Of a stretch of DNA of 64,000 nucleotides, positions 40,114 through 50,639 are shown one piece after another. Below the pieces are notes generated by a model that worked only from the letters and a program-made list of their open reading frames with translations, made no database searches and was not told the DNA's origin. Position 1 is the first letter of the stretch. Every line of letters begins with the position of its first letter. A program made the translations under genes and the position numbers. Source of the DNA: Bdellovibrionota bacterium (lineage in GTDB: Bacteria > Bdellovibrionota_C > UBA2361 > JBIKUX01); contig JBIKUX010000014.1 of assembly GCA_044347345.1 (NCBI GenBank), positions 9,434 through 73,433 of the forward strand, in the 5' to 3' direction.

Positions 40114-41568
40114 ATGTCATCATCAACTAGTGACCGTCCTCTTAAGGACTTTCTAGAAATTCCTTACGCAACTCTCGAAGAAAAAAACCTTTTAGCCAAA
40201 GAAAAGCTAAAGAATCGAACTAATCCAGGTACACTTCAGGAAGATGTAATTAAAGAGCTGACTGATTGTAAAAATCTAAAAGCTGTAACCGTTTGCTTTT
40301 CAGATATTGAAGGGCGGTTTCACATGCTTGATTACGATAAAAAATTTCTTTTAAAATCTTTTGACAATCTAACTTTTGACGGCTCTTCCGTTCGAGGCTT
40401 TACAGCAGTTAGTCAATCAGACCTTCGATTAGAAGTAGATTGGGGCTCTATTAGATGGCTACCAGCCGATGTGTTTGGACCAGGAAAAGTTATCGTATTT
40501 GCTTTTATTAAAGATCGCGATGGTTCACCTTATACATCTGATTTCCGAGGACGACTTAAAGAGCTTTTAGACTCTATTTATAATTCAAATAGATACTCAG
40601 TTAACTTAGCTGTTGAATGTGAAGGTTTTGTTTTTAAAGGAAGAAATGCCGAACAAGATTATACTTCTCGTGCAGGGTTTGAACTTGTTTCCACTGGAGG
40701 ATATTTTCACTCTCTTCCAAACGATCCACTAAGACTTTTCATGGACAAACTTGCAGAAGCACAAAGAGCTCTGGCGTTTGAAAATGAAAAAGATCATCCA
40801 GAAGTCGCACCATCGCAATTCGAACTCAACTATACATACTGTGACGCGCTACTAGCAGCTGACTTGGTGCAACTTTATAAACTAACCGCTAGACAAGTTG
40901 CCGCTAACTTAGGACTTACCGCTTCGTTTCTACCAAAACCTATAGCTGGTATAAATGGCAGTGGTATGCATACAAATATTTCTATTTCAAAAGATTCTAA
41001 AAATCTCTTTTACGATGAAAGAGGAGAAGAAAATCTTTCACAATTTGCATGGGAGTTTATAGATCGCATTCTAAACAACGCTAATGATATCTGTTTGGTT
41101 TTAAATTCCAGTGTAAATTCTTACCGTCGGTTAGATCCTGCATTTGAAGCCCCAAATCAGATTAAATCATCTGCGGTTGATAGAACTTCCATGATTCGAA
41201 TACCATTAGGAAACGCAAAATCTTCTAGGATTGAAGTACGTACAGTTGCACCTGATGTAAATCCTTATTTAGCCTTTTTTGCTATATTACAAACTGGTCT
41301 AAATGGACCAATGCGAGAATCTATTTCGGCGGAAGAGCGAAAGACTCGTACAAAATACCTTCCAGGTAATATTTATGACTCTATAAGGTATTTCAAACAA
41401 AGTACGTTTATTAGTGAGCTTTTTGGTGAAGAGTCAAAAGAAAAATTTATAAATAGAAAAATTTATTCTGCTCATCGATGTCCTCGTGAATTAGGTAAAC
41501 TAGTAAAAACAGAAGAAGTGCTATTTCATCATGAAGTGGTAAATCAGTTTATCGACAGTAAATTCTAA
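40114..41568 (+). CDS. glnA: Glutamine synthetase (type I family)
   Basis: FSDIEG, FDGSSVRG, HPEVAPSQFE, FLPKP..GINGSGMH, NSYRRL, RIEVR. Confidence 0.9.
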   Translation: MSSSTSDRPLKDFLEIPYATLEEKNLLAKEKLKNRTNPGTLQEDVIKELTDCKNLKAVTVCFSDIEGRFHMLDYDKKFLLKSFDNLTFDGSSVRGFTAVSQSDLRLEVDWGSIRWLPADVFGPGKVIVFAFIKDRDGSPYTSDFRGRLKELLDSIYNSNRYSVNLAVECEGFVFKGRNAEQDYTSRAGFELVSTGGYFHSLPNDPLRLFMDKLAEAQRALAFENEKDHPEVAPSQFELNYTYCDALLAADLVQLYKLTARQVAANLGLTASFLPKPIAGINGSGMHTNISISKDSKNLFYDERGEENLSQFAWEFIDRILNNANDICLVLNSSVNSYRRLDPAFEAPNQIKSSAVDRTSMIRIPLGNAKSSRIEVRTVAPDVNPYLAFFAILQTGLNGPMRESISAEERKTRTKYLPGNIYDSIRYFKQSTFISELFGEESKEKFINRKIYSAHRCPRELGKLVKTEEVLFHHEVVNQFIDSKF

Positions 41569-41584
41569 GGTGGGTTAACTGTAC

Positions 41585-41624
41585 CTTAGTCAATCCTTCC
41601 ACAGTAGTGGAAGGATTGACTAAG
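41585..41624. terminator. Perfect 18-bp stem-loop between convergent glnA and topA; probable bidirectional terminator
   Basis: CTTAGTCAATCCTTCCAC-AGTA-GTGGAAGGATTGACTAAG; no adjacent U-tract. Confidence 0.7.
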
Positions 41625-41649
41625 CAATAAACTCTTTTTGAAAAATAAA

Positions 41650-44310
41650 CTACTTGGTTTTTGGAGAGCGTTTGGATTTCGCTCTTCCTGATGATTTTCG
41701 TGATCTAGGTATTACCTCTTCGCTTGCAATTTTAGCAGCTCGAGCATCAAGTAAGCTAATAGCTTCTCCAATTGAAAGCTCCTCAGGGGTAGTTCCTCTA
41801 GGAAGAGAGGCGTTAATAACCCCATCTGTGACGTAGGGGCCAAACCTGCCCTGTTTTACTATAAGGTCTTTTTTAGTTTCTGGATGTAATCCAAGGTTTC
41901 TCAGTTGCGTGGTTGAAGTAGCTCCTCCTGCATTACGCCCTCTTATTTTTGGAGCTCTGAGCAACTCGATTGCCTGCTCTTGAGTAATACTTAAAGGCGA
42001 TAAGTCTCCTACTCCGGTTATGGTACGAGTTACTGATCCGGCTTTAACATAAGGACCATATCTACCATTATGAACTTCTATTTGAGCACCATTATCGGGA
42101 AACAAACCTATTGTTTTCGGTAAACTAAGTAGTTTGACCGCTATATCTAGTGTAACTGACTCGGGCTTCATACCGGCCAATAACGAGGCCATCTTTGGCT
42201 TCTCTTGTTCTCCTGCGACTACTTCTCCCTCTTGAACATAAGGACCAAATCTACCTACCTTTAAATAAACCGCTTTACCAGAGCTCGGGTGAATTCCTAG
42301 GCTTTCTGGTCCTCTTTTTGCTTCTTCGAGTAAACTTTTAGCTCTATCAAGATTGAGTTCATCGGGTGGTAGCTCATTAGGCAAACTTGCTCTAGTTTCA
42401 CCATCTGTTAAAAAAGGTCCGTATCTTCCAATCCTGACTTCAATACTTCGTCCATCTAAACAAGTTCCAAGGGAAATACCACAAACTTCTCTAGGGTCAA
42501 TAATTTCCTCTCCACGTCTCACCAATCCGGCTAGTCCAGGACGACCTCCAGAATAGAAATCGGTTAAATAAAGTAAATTATCAGCTTCACCTCTGGATAT
42601 TTTATCAAGGTCTTCCTCTAAATTAGCGGTATATTCATAGTCAACAACATTTGCGAAATATCTGCTCATTAATTTAGAAAGAGCTAATGCCAAGAAAGTT
42701 GGAACAAGTGCTGTACCCTTTTTAAAGGCATAGGTTCTCTGCATAACCACATCAACAATAGTTGCCCAAGTACTTGGACGACCAATACCCAAGGCTTCTA
42801 GTTGCTTTATTAAAGTCCCCTCACTATACCGAGCAGGTGGTTGAGTCTCGTGACCATGCGTTGATATTTCACAAATATCAATTCTTTGCCCAACTTTTAA
42901 TGGTGGTAAAATCTTCTCTTTATCGGCTAACTCAGCCTCAGGGTCATCAGCACCCTCCACATAAGCTCTAAGGTACCCTGGAAAAGAAATAGTTCTACCA
43001 GATGCACGAAATCTTGCTGTTCCCACTGATATCCCGACAATAACTCGCATACCAGTTGCATCTTTCATCTGACATGCAATGGCTCGCTTCCAAATCAGCT
43101 CATACAGTCTAGCGCTCTCAGCACCTAACTTTGTCCGCACTTCGTCAGGGTGAGAAAAAGAACTACCCGCCGGACGAATTGCCTCATGAGCTTCCTGAGC
43201 ATTTTTTACCTTAGTTCGATAAATCCGAGGCTCTGATGGTAAATATTGAGCTCCAAACTCTTGCTTTATAAGAGCACGAGACGCAGCTATCGCCTCCTCA
43301 GAAAGATTGGTTGAGTCAGTACGCATATAAGTAATAAAGCCATTTTCATACAACGATTGCGCTACTTGCATAGTACGCTTGGCTGTATAGTAAAGCTTAC
43401 GTCCAGCATCTTGCTGTAGAGTACTAGTTGTAAAAGGAGGAGGAGGCTTCTGCGTAAATGGCTTCTCTTCAATCTCAGAAACAATAGCATTTTGCGTTAA
43501 TAATGCTTTCTTTAATTCCTCTGCTCCGATTTGATCTAAAAGAAGAACATCCGAAACATTTTGGAAAAGAGCTCCAGTTTTAGGATCGAAATCTCGACCA
43601 GAAGCTATGCGTTTACTATCAATATGAGTCAGTTCAGCTTCAAAACATTCGGCCTCATCCTTGTTTTTTAAATTAGTTGAAAATATTCCTTTTAAATCCC
43701 AATATTTTCCTGAACGGAAGCTCATCCGTTCTGCCTCTCGCTCGGCTAAAAGACGCATAGCAACACTCTGCACTCGACCAGCACTGAGACGAGGTGCCAT
43801 TTTTTTCCATAACAGTGGGCTTACTGTGTATCCAAATAAACGATCAATTATACGACGAGTTTCTTGAGCTTTTACCAGATTTTGATCAATAGAACGTGGT
43901 GCTTTCAGAGCTGAATCAATAGCACTTTTGGTAATCTCATGAAAAACCAAACGTTTCACTGGAACTTTAGGTTTAAGAACCTCTAAAAGATGCCAGCTTA
44001 TAGATTCTCCCTCTCGATCTTCATCAGTTGCCAAATATATACTGTCAACTTCTCTAACAAGTTTTTTTAGCTCTACTACACGCTTCTTTTTTTCTTCAGG
44101 AATAATGTAAAGGGGCTCAAAATTTGCATCAATATTAATACCCAGCCGAGCCCACTTTTCTTTTTTTACCTCTACTGGAATCTCAGATGCATTATTTGGA
44201 AGATCGCGCACATGACCATACGAGGCGATTATCTCAAATTCTTTTCCCAAGAACTTACTGATAGTTTTCGCTTTCGTAGGCGACTCGACAATAATAAGAG
44301 ACTTCGACAT
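41650..44310 (-). CDS. topA: DNA topoisomerase I (C-terminal Topo_C repeats instead of Zn ribbons)
   Basis: IVESPTKA, ATDEDREGE, SAGRVQS, ITYMRTDS, repeated GRYGPY/GRFGPY units, Lys/Arg-rich tail. Confidence 0.97.
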   Translation of the reverse strand: MSKSLIIVESPTKAKTISKFLGKEFEIIASYGHVRDLPNNASEIPVEVKKEKWARLGINIDANFEPLYIIPEEKKKRVVELKKLVREVDSIYLATDEDREGESISWHLLEVLKPKVPVKRLVFHEITKSAIDSALKAPRSIDQNLVKAQETRRIIDRLFGYTVSPLLWKKMAPRLSAGRVQSVAMRLLAEREAERMSFRSGKYWDLKGIFSTNLKNKDEAECFEAELTHIDSKRIASGRDFDPKTGALFQNVSDVLLLDQIGAEELKKALLTQNAIVSEIEEKPFTQKPPPPFTTSTLQQDAGRKLYYTAKRTMQVAQSLYENGFITYMRTDSTNLSEEAIAASRALIKQEFGAQYLPSEPRIYRTKVKNAQEAHEAIRPAGSSFSHPDEVRTKLGAESARLYELIWKRAIACQMKDATGMRVIVGISVGTARFRASGRTISFPGYLRAYVEGADDPEAELADKEKILPPLKVGQRIDICEISTHGHETQPPARYSEGTLIKQLEALGIGRPSTWATIVDVVMQRTYAFKKGTALVPTFLALALSKLMSRYFANVVDYEYTANLEEDLDKISRGEADNLLYLTDFYSGGRPGLAGLVRRGEEIIDPREVCGISLGTCLDGRSIEVRIGRYGPFLTDGETRASLPNELPPDELNLDRAKSLLEEAKRGPESLGIHPSSGKAVYLKVGRFGPYVQEGEVVAGEQEKPKMASLLAGMKPESVTLDIAVKLLSLPKTIGLFPDNGAQIEVHNGRYGPYVKAGSVTRTITGVGDLSPLSITQEQAIELLRAPKIRGRNAGGATSTTQLRNLGLHPETKKDLIVKQGRFGPYVTDGVINASLPRGTTPEELSIGEAISLLDARAAKIASEEVIPRSRKSSGRAKSKRSPKTK

Positions 44311-44370
44311 ATAACTTTTTATAACCTAAGCTTTCTCCAATCAAGCTTGCGATGGAGCGTATCGCATAGA

Positions 44371-46290
44371 TTAAGCTGAGAGGCAACCTTCTTTTATCTG
44401 CTCCTTCACTTCTTTTTTTTCTCCCTTAGCCAGCATCTTGTGCTTTTTCAGATGTATAGCAACTAAAGAAAGTGCGCCAGCTGGTATTCCAGGTATCCGT
44501 TTAGCCTGAGCTAATGACGTAGGCCGATATGCTTTTAACTTTTGTAGAGCTTCGGTTCTCAGACTCGGTATTGAATCAAAAGAGAAATCTGAAGGTATCT
44601 CCTCATTCTCAATCTTTTTAATTCTATCAATATCTTCTTGTTGCCGACCTAAATAACCACTAAACTTCAGTTCTGTTTCTAAAGAAGTACTTATATCTTG
44701 TTCAAGAGTAAAAGGTGAGGGGAAATAATTAAGGACATCACTCAAGCGTAACTCAGGGCGACGAACTAAAACAGCTAGTGCAATGCTATCTTTTAATTCA
44801 GCACTATTTTTTGATTTTAGCCAATCGTTTGTCGTAGCAGTCGGTTTTGCACGAGTAGTCTCTAAAAATTCTCGACCTCGAGCTAACGCCACTTCTCGCG
44901 CCTCATATTTACGTTGTTGCGATTCGGAAAGAAGGCCGACTTTCTTGGCTCTAGGGCAGAGTCGCTCACATGCATTATCCTCACGTAAAGTAAGTCTAAA
45001 CTCTGCGCGCGATGTAAACATTCGATATGGCTCATCTACGCCAAGAGTCACTAGATCATCAATCATCACCCCAAGATACCCTTCACATCTCGATATAACA
45101 AAGGGCTCTCTTTCAAGACATCGATGAGCTGCATTTATGCCAGCCATTATGCCCTGCCCAGCCGCTTCCTCGTATCCTGAAGTACCATTTATTTGGCCTG
45201 CAAAAAAGAGTCCTTGTATATCCTTACTCTCAAGACAGTGAGTTAGATACCTTGGGTCTATACAATCATACTCAACTGCATAACCTGCCTGTACAATCTG
45301 TGCGGATTCAAGACCACGAATTAAATGAATCATCTCTTGCTGAACATCCAACGGTAAGCTCGTTGAAATGCCATTAGGATAAACTAGATCTGATAAATAA
45401 CCCTCTGGTTCGAGAAATATCGTATGACTCTCACGATCAGGAAAGCGAAAGACTTTATCTTCAATGGAAGGACAATATCTCGGTCCACCGGAGGTAATTT
45501 GGCCATTAAACATCGGACTTCTGCTCTTATTTGCCTCAATAAGAGCATGAACAGAAGAATTAGTCTTTGTAAGCCAACATGGTAATTGAGACTGAGTAAT
45601 TCTATCAGTCATCATGGAAAAAGGTCGCGGAGGCATTTCTCCTGGTTGCTCGTCTAATAGATCGTAGTTTATTGACTTACGATGAATTCTAGGAGGAGTT
45701 CCTGTTTTAAGTCGCCCTAATACAAACCCTAGCGACCGTAAAGAATCACTCAATTTATTGCTTGACAAATCACCTCGACGACCGCCAATAGTTTGCTCTG
45801 CACCGGTATGCATCAATCCACGAAGAAAAGTTCCAGTAGTAAGCACAACGGCATCAGCGGCCATAAAACTACCATCTTTCAGGAAAATCCCTAAGATGCG
45901 ATCTTTCTCTACATGTAAACTAGCAACTTCGCCTTCTACCACTGAAATATTAGGATTGCTACTCAGTAAATTCTGTATCGCTTTTGGGTAAAGGTCTCTA
46001 TCAGCTTGAGCTCTGGATGCATGAACTGCTGGTCCTTTACTGGTATTAAGAGTGCGAAACTGAATGCCAGCTACATCGATAGCTCGCGCCATCAATCCTC
46101 CCAAGGCATCTATCTCTTTCACAAGATGACCCTTACCAAGACCCCCAATGGCCGGATTGCATGACATTTGTCCTATTGCATCTCTACGTAAGGAAACAAG
46201 CGTTGTCTTAACTCCAAGTCTAGCTGCTGCATAAGCTGCTTCAACACCGGCATGTCCACCACCGATAACTATTAAATGAATGGCTGTCAT
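44371..46290 (-). CDS. mnmG: tRNA uridine modification enzyme MnmG (GidA)
   Basis: GGGHAGVEAA, MSCNPAIGG, GPRYCPSIEDK, GQINGTSGYEEAA, EPYRMFTSRAE. Confidence 0.97.
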   Translation of the reverse strand: MTAIHLIVIGGGHAGVEAAYAAARLGVKTTLVSLRRDAIGQMSCNPAIGGLGKGHLVKEIDALGGLMARAIDVAGIQFRTLNTSKGPAVHASRAQADRDLYPKAIQNLLSSNPNISVVEGEVASLHVEKDRILGIFLKDGSFMAADAVVLTTGTFLRGLMHTGAEQTIGGRRGDLSSNKLSDSLRSLGFVLGRLKTGTPPRIHRKSINYDLLDEQPGEMPPRPFSMMTDRITQSQLPCWLTKTNSSVHALIEANKSRSPMFNGQITSGGPRYCPSIEDKVFRFPDRESHTIFLEPEGYLSDLVYPNGISTSLPLDVQQEMIHLIRGLESAQIVQAGYAVEYDCIDPRYLTHCLESKDIQGLFFAGQINGTSGYEEAAGQGIMAGINAAHRCLEREPFVISRCEGYLGVMIDDLVTLGVDEPYRMFTSRAEFRLTLREDNACERLCPRAKKVGLLSESQQRKYEAREVALARGREFLETTRAKPTATTNDWLKSKNSAELKDSIALAVLVRRPELRLSDVLNYFPSPFTLEQDISTSLETELKFSGYLGRQQEDIDRIKKIENEEIPSDFSFDSIPSLRTEALQKLKAYRPTSLAQAKRIPGIPAGALSLVAIHLKKHKMLAKGEKKEVKEQIKEGCLSA

Positions 46291-46330
46291 ACTTTACTTA
46301 CCTGACTACTTTTAAACGATTAAATCTTCT

Positions 46331-47392
46331 TTAAGCCGGCTCTTGTTGAGAAAGACAATGAAGTGTACCACCACCATACAGAAATGGAGTTGAGTAAACA
46401 GTTTCTACTTTTTTATCAGGAAAATTGTGTTCAAAAATTCTGATAGCTTCCTCATCCTGAGGAACATTAAAAGTAGGTACTATTACTGCACCGTCAACAA
46501 AACAAAAATTTGCGTAGGATGCTGGTACTATCTCGCCGTTAAGACGCACTACATCAGGGAAAGGAAGTTCGATTACTTCAATATGAGATCCACTTGCATC
46601 CCGAGCTAACGAAAGACGTCGTAAATTATCTTGTGAGGACGCATAATTAACATGCTCAGGATTATGTGACACTGATAGAAATACAGCACCCGGCCGGATA
46701 AATCGAGCGATATCATCAATGTGGCCATGAGTATCATCACCGACAGCTCCTTGTCCAAGCCAAATAACTTGTTGAATACCAAGCCATCTAGCAAAGATTG
46801 CCTCATACTCTTCCCGAGTAGCTCCGGAATTTCGCTCTTGTATATGGCTTAATAAACACTCTTCAGTAACCATCAAAGTTCCAGCACCATCCGTCTCTAT
46901 AGCCCCACCCTCACAAACAAAGCCCGTAATCCCATCTTGTCTAACAGGGCAAATAACTGGCACACCTGAATGAGACGCTACTAAGCTTCCAATAGTAGAA
47001 TCTCCTGATCCTACCGCAAACCTGCTCCAACCTGAAAAAGTCCAGTGCAAAGCTTTTCGCTCGCTTTTATGGCTAGTTTTTACCCAAGTAGGCCCAGTAT
47101 CTCGCAAAAAAGGTTCTGAAAAATTTGCTGGAATGAATAAGCATCGTTCCAGAGAGACTCCTATTTTATCTAGGATTGACTGATACCATAAAGTCGGTGA
47201 TCCAGCTTCAGGAATGAGAATCTTAACAGTCTCGTAGCGACTAAGAGCCGCAATAAAAGACAAGTATGAAACTTGTATTTCTAGTTGAATATCGAGTCTA
47301 TTGTATTCACTGGAAGAAAAATTCCATGCAAGCCAAGTAGCTAGATGTGGTTCCCATTCAGCTGGAAAACGAAATTTTGATGTATTGTCCAT
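46331..47392 (-). CDS. aguA: Agmatine deiminase family protein
   Basis: PAEWEPH, RDTGP, EGGAIETDG, DDTHGHIDD, ASYANF, GGGTLHCLSQQ. Confidence 0.9.
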   Translation of the reverse strand: MDNTSKFRFPAEWEPHLATWLAWNFSSSEYNRLDIQLEIQVSYLSFIAALSRYETVKILIPEAGSPTLWYQSILDKIGVSLERCLFIPANFSEPFLRDTGPTWVKTSHKSERKALHWTFSGWSRFAVGSGDSTIGSLVASHSGVPVICPVRQDGITGFVCEGGAIETDGAGTLMVTEECLLSHIQERNSGATREEYEAIFARWLGIQQVIWLGQGAVGDDTHGHIDDIARFIRPGAVFLSVSHNPEHVNYASSQDNLRRLSLARDASGSHIEVIELPFPDVVRLNGEIVPASYANFCFVDGAVIVPTFNVPQDEEAIRIFEHNFPDKKVETVYSTPFLYGGGTLHCLSQQEPA

Positions 47393-47494
47393 ACCATACT
47401 CCTATTTTTCATAACATATTTGACTAACACCAAACGATATGAAGACAATTTCCAATTGAACTCCGAGGCCGTGCAGTTTAAAAAAGCTGGGTTG

Positions 47495-47540
47495 CTATGA
47501 CTACACCACTATGACCACATCACTTTATGACCACATCACC
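47495..47540. repeat. Triplicated 14-16 bp unit (ATGACyACAyCAC) containing the aguB start codon
   Basis: ATGs at 47497, 47511 and 47527. Confidence 0.85.
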
Positions 47541-48501
47541 TGACAGCAATACATCTAGCAATACATCTGACAGTAGTACATCAAACAGTAGTACACTTAA
47601 CTGTATTACCATCGCAGTGATACAGATGAAGATGAGCAATTCACCTGATGAAAACCTTTATAAAGCTATCAAGCTTATTAAAGAAGGTATATCTCGCGGA
47701 GCTCAAATTTTGTGTCTTCCAGAATTATTTCGGTCACCGTATTTTTGTACTGAATCCACTTATACTTTTTCAGGCTATACTGTTTCAGGTATTTGTGCTG
47801 AAACAAATAAAAATAGTGCTGCATCTCATTACGGAGAATCTTTACCAGGAGCGGTGCTTCCGCCTCTTTGCGACCTAGCTCGAGCTCATAAGATAGTTAT
47901 TGTAGCAGGCTCAGTATATGAGCACGATAGCTCCACCAATTGTTATTACAACACCTCTGCGGTAATTGACACTAATGGAGAAATTAAAGGTATTTACCGA
48001 AAGAGTCACATCCCTCATGACCTCGGTTTTTATGAAAAGGATTATTTCACTCCTGGCACAAATGACTTCAAACCCGTCCAAACTAGTTTTGGTAAAATAG
48101 GAGTACTTATATGCTTTGACCAGTGGTTTCCTGAAGCAGCCAGAGCTCTTGCACTTCAGGGAGCTGAATACATTTTTTACCCTACCGCTATAGGGTCTGT
48201 GTTAGAAGATCCGCAAAAGGAAGGTAGCTGGCACGATGCTTGGGAGACGATTCAGAGAGGTCATTCCATAGCAAATTCTATAGTAGTAGCAGCAGCAAAT
48301 AGAATAGGAATAGAGGGACACTCAACTTTTTGGGGGGGCTCATTTATCACCAACCATTTTGGAGTTGTAGTAGCTAAAGCCAGTGCAAGCGAAGAGGTAA
48401 TACTTGCCAAGATTGACCGTGCTGAACAAGCACGCCTTCGGGCAGAGTGGGGATTTTTATCAGCACGTAGGCCAGAACTCTACAAAACGCTCTACAAATA
48501 A
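47527..48501 (+). CDS. aguB: N-carbamoylputrescine amidase (nitrilase family)
   Basis: LPELF, YRKSHIP...FYEKDYF, ICFDQWFPEAAR, YPTAIG, FWGGSF; divergent from aguA. Confidence 0.88.
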   Translation: MTTSPDSNTSSNTSDSSTSNSSTLNCITIAVIQMKMSNSPDENLYKAIKLIKEGISRGAQILCLPELFRSPYFCTESTYTFSGYTVSGICAETNKNSAASHYGESLPGAVLPPLCDLARAHKIVIVAGSVYEHDSSTNCYYNTSAVIDTNGEIKGIYRKSHIPHDLGFYEKDYFTPGTNDFKPVQTSFGKIGVLICFDQWFPEAARALALQGAEYIFYPTAIGSVLEDPQKEGSWHDAWETIQRGHSIANSIVVAAANRIGIEGHSTFWGGSFITNHFGVVVAKASASEEVILAKIDRAEQARLRAEWGFLSARRPELYKTLYK

Positions 48502-48594
48502 TTTCCAATTATTAAAATCTTAGCAATGTTTGACAAAAATATGTCGATATTAGGATGATTTGAAGAAGCTAAGAATAATTATCAAAAAATCGGA

Positions 48595-50589
48595 ATGTGT
48601 CGTCATTTTATAAACTTTAAAAAATCCTTTCTGAAATTAAATAATTTTTTATTCGAAAGAGGTATGTTAAAAAAAATCGACGCATTGAGTATATTTTTGT
48701 CGCTCATAATTCCAACAATAATTACTCCTAATTTAGCACTAGCTACATTTAGTGAGTCAGCAAAAAGCGGAGCTTGGAACTCTCCTGATACTTGGGTGGG
48801 TGGTAAAATACCAACTCAATTTGATTCCGTTGTGGTTAAACATTTTCTAACTTCGACAAATTCTGTCACTCATAGCTCCGGAACATTTACCATGCTTTCT
48901 GGAAGCAAAATATCGCTTGAAAATAATGCTCGCCTTATTTTTTCTGATAGTTCTCAGTTTAAAGCGGAATGTACCTTAAATGAGCCCTGCGTTATTCAAA
49001 GTAATGGCAGCGGGTTTATCCGTTTTGGAGGAGAGACTTTTAACTCATCCTATGTTAATTTTGAATCACTTGGCTCCAGCTCACAACCCGCTATTGAATT
49101 TCTTACACCTTCAACAAATTTTCCAGCAAATTTATCACGCCTAAATATTATAAACTGTAAGTTTAATGAAACCGGTTCTGTAATCATAGGAGATTTTCTT
49201 TCCTCTGGTGGGATTACGCCATCACTATCTCTTCAATTCATTCGGAACACTTTTGCGCGCTCCCGCAGTCTGATTAATCTGGCCGTAAGTGCGATAACTG
49301 ACAAAGATGATTCAGCAAAAGCTAGCCGCGTTATTCGCGGTAATGTCTTTGAGAAAACTGTCAGGCTACTTCCCGCCAAGCAATTCATTATTGAGAAAAA
49401 CTTTTTTCATGGTGGCATAGAAAATCTCTCATCTGAACGGTGGAGTTCCTTTAACTCAAATGTAATCAGGCTAACCGGTTCAGGTGGGACAGCGTTAAGA
49501 CTTTCAGGAGATTCAAAAAATAATTACTGGCTCTATGACGCTCCGCAAGAGGCTAATGTTCATTTCATTCAACCACCAGCTTTAGGGGATATTTCCATTG
49601 AAGGTGATATTTTTGAGTTCACTGGAACAACTGGAGATGGTGATACAATACTATTAAACAGTAATATCACGGCAAAACAGATAGTCTCGCTGAAATACTC
49701 CATAGTCTTGCCCAATAAGGGCATGCAGAGCACGGGTACTCTTTTTTCATCTATTGGTAACGAGAATGTATTTGTTAATGCTGAGCACAACACCTATTTT
49801 ACAGGAAACCAAGGAGCAGTTGTTGGAGAAGCCTATGCCGGACACAAAGACCTCATAATGAGCTTTCGGTCTAACATAGCGTGGAATATTCCAGAGATGC
49901 CTGGAGGATTTATTCTTGGCGGAAGCAGCCAATCAGCTCAACCAATAGCTGATGTAATTAGCGCATCTTCTTTATCACATAATGCCGGGTATCTTTTAAG
50001 TCAGTTCTATCCTTTTCTTTCTTTTACAACCTCACCTCATGGTGTAAACGACTTAAATTCAAATCCTGAATTTGTTGATCCCACCCGATCCTTTGCCAGA
50101 TGGAGTAGTGCTAGAGGTGGATCCAATTCCATTTTAGGAGGTATAGAACGTCTTTTTCGCCTAAATACCACTGCTCCGGGAGCGATTGAAGATCTTTTAA
50201 CTTTTATTCGAGAGGGTTTTTTCCCAAGAAATCCACAATTTCAAAATACCGCCCATGACGGAACGATAAGAGGAGCAGTCCAAAATAGTAATGGCAGCAT
50301 TCCAGTTACAACCCCTACTCCAGTCCCTGGTGAACCTACAGCACCAATAATTACACCTGGCGTTAATATAACACCAATCCCATCTTCAACTTGTATTCCC
50401 CTAGAACTTCTACCTCCTGGAGCTCCTCCTTGCACGGTAATACTCCCTCCATCAATCATAACTCCTTCTCAGAGTGACATTATTAACGCAAAAAAATTAG
50501 CCTGTCGTGCAAAAACCAATAAGCGACGTCGCTGTTCCCTAAATAGAAAGCGCTTAAAATGTGTTTGTGTAAGGCGTAAAAGGCGATAG
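48595..50589 (+). CDS. Secreted G8-like/beta-helix protein with Pro/Thr linker and Cys/Arg-rich C-terminal tail
   Basis: Likely start ATG 48664 (GAGG upstream) giving a signal peptide ending ALA; SGAWNSPDTWVGGKIP, Asn/Phe-rich beta-helix-like repeats, NPEFVDP, PT-rich linker. Confidence 0.65.
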   Translation: MCRHFINFKKSFLKLNNFLFERGMLKKIDALSIFLSLIIPTIITPNLALATFSESAKSGAWNSPDTWVGGKIPTQFDSVVVKHFLTSTNSVTHSSGTFTMLSGSKISLENNARLIFSDSSQFKAECTLNEPCVIQSNGSGFIRFGGETFNSSYVNFESLGSSSQPAIEFLTPSTNFPANLSRLNIINCKFNETGSVIIGDFLSSGGITPSLSLQFIRNTFARSRSLINLAVSAITDKDDSAKASRVIRGNVFEKTVRLLPAKQFIIEKNFFHGGIENLSSERWSSFNSNVIRLTGSGGTALRLSGDSKNNYWLYDAPQEANVHFIQPPALGDISIEGDIFEFTGTTGDGDTILLNSNITAKQIVSLKYSIVLPNKGMQSTGTLFSSIGNENVFVNAEHNTYFTGNQGAVVGEAYAGHKDLIMSFRSNIAWNIPEMPGGFILGGSSQSAQPIADVISASSLSHNAGYLLSQFYPFLSFTTSPHGVNDLNSNPEFVDPTRSFARWSSARGGSNSILGGIERLFRLNTTAPGAIEDLLTFIREGFFPRNPQFQNTAHDGTIRGAVQNSNGSIPVTTPTPVPGEPTAPIITPGVNITPIPSSTCIPLELLPPGAPPCTVILPPSIITPSQSDIINAKKLACRAKTNKRRRCSLNRKRLKCVCVRRKRR

Positions 50590-50639
50590 TTTCAGTACGA
50601 AAATTAACGAACGAATCGTTATTAGGCAAAAACTTAAAA

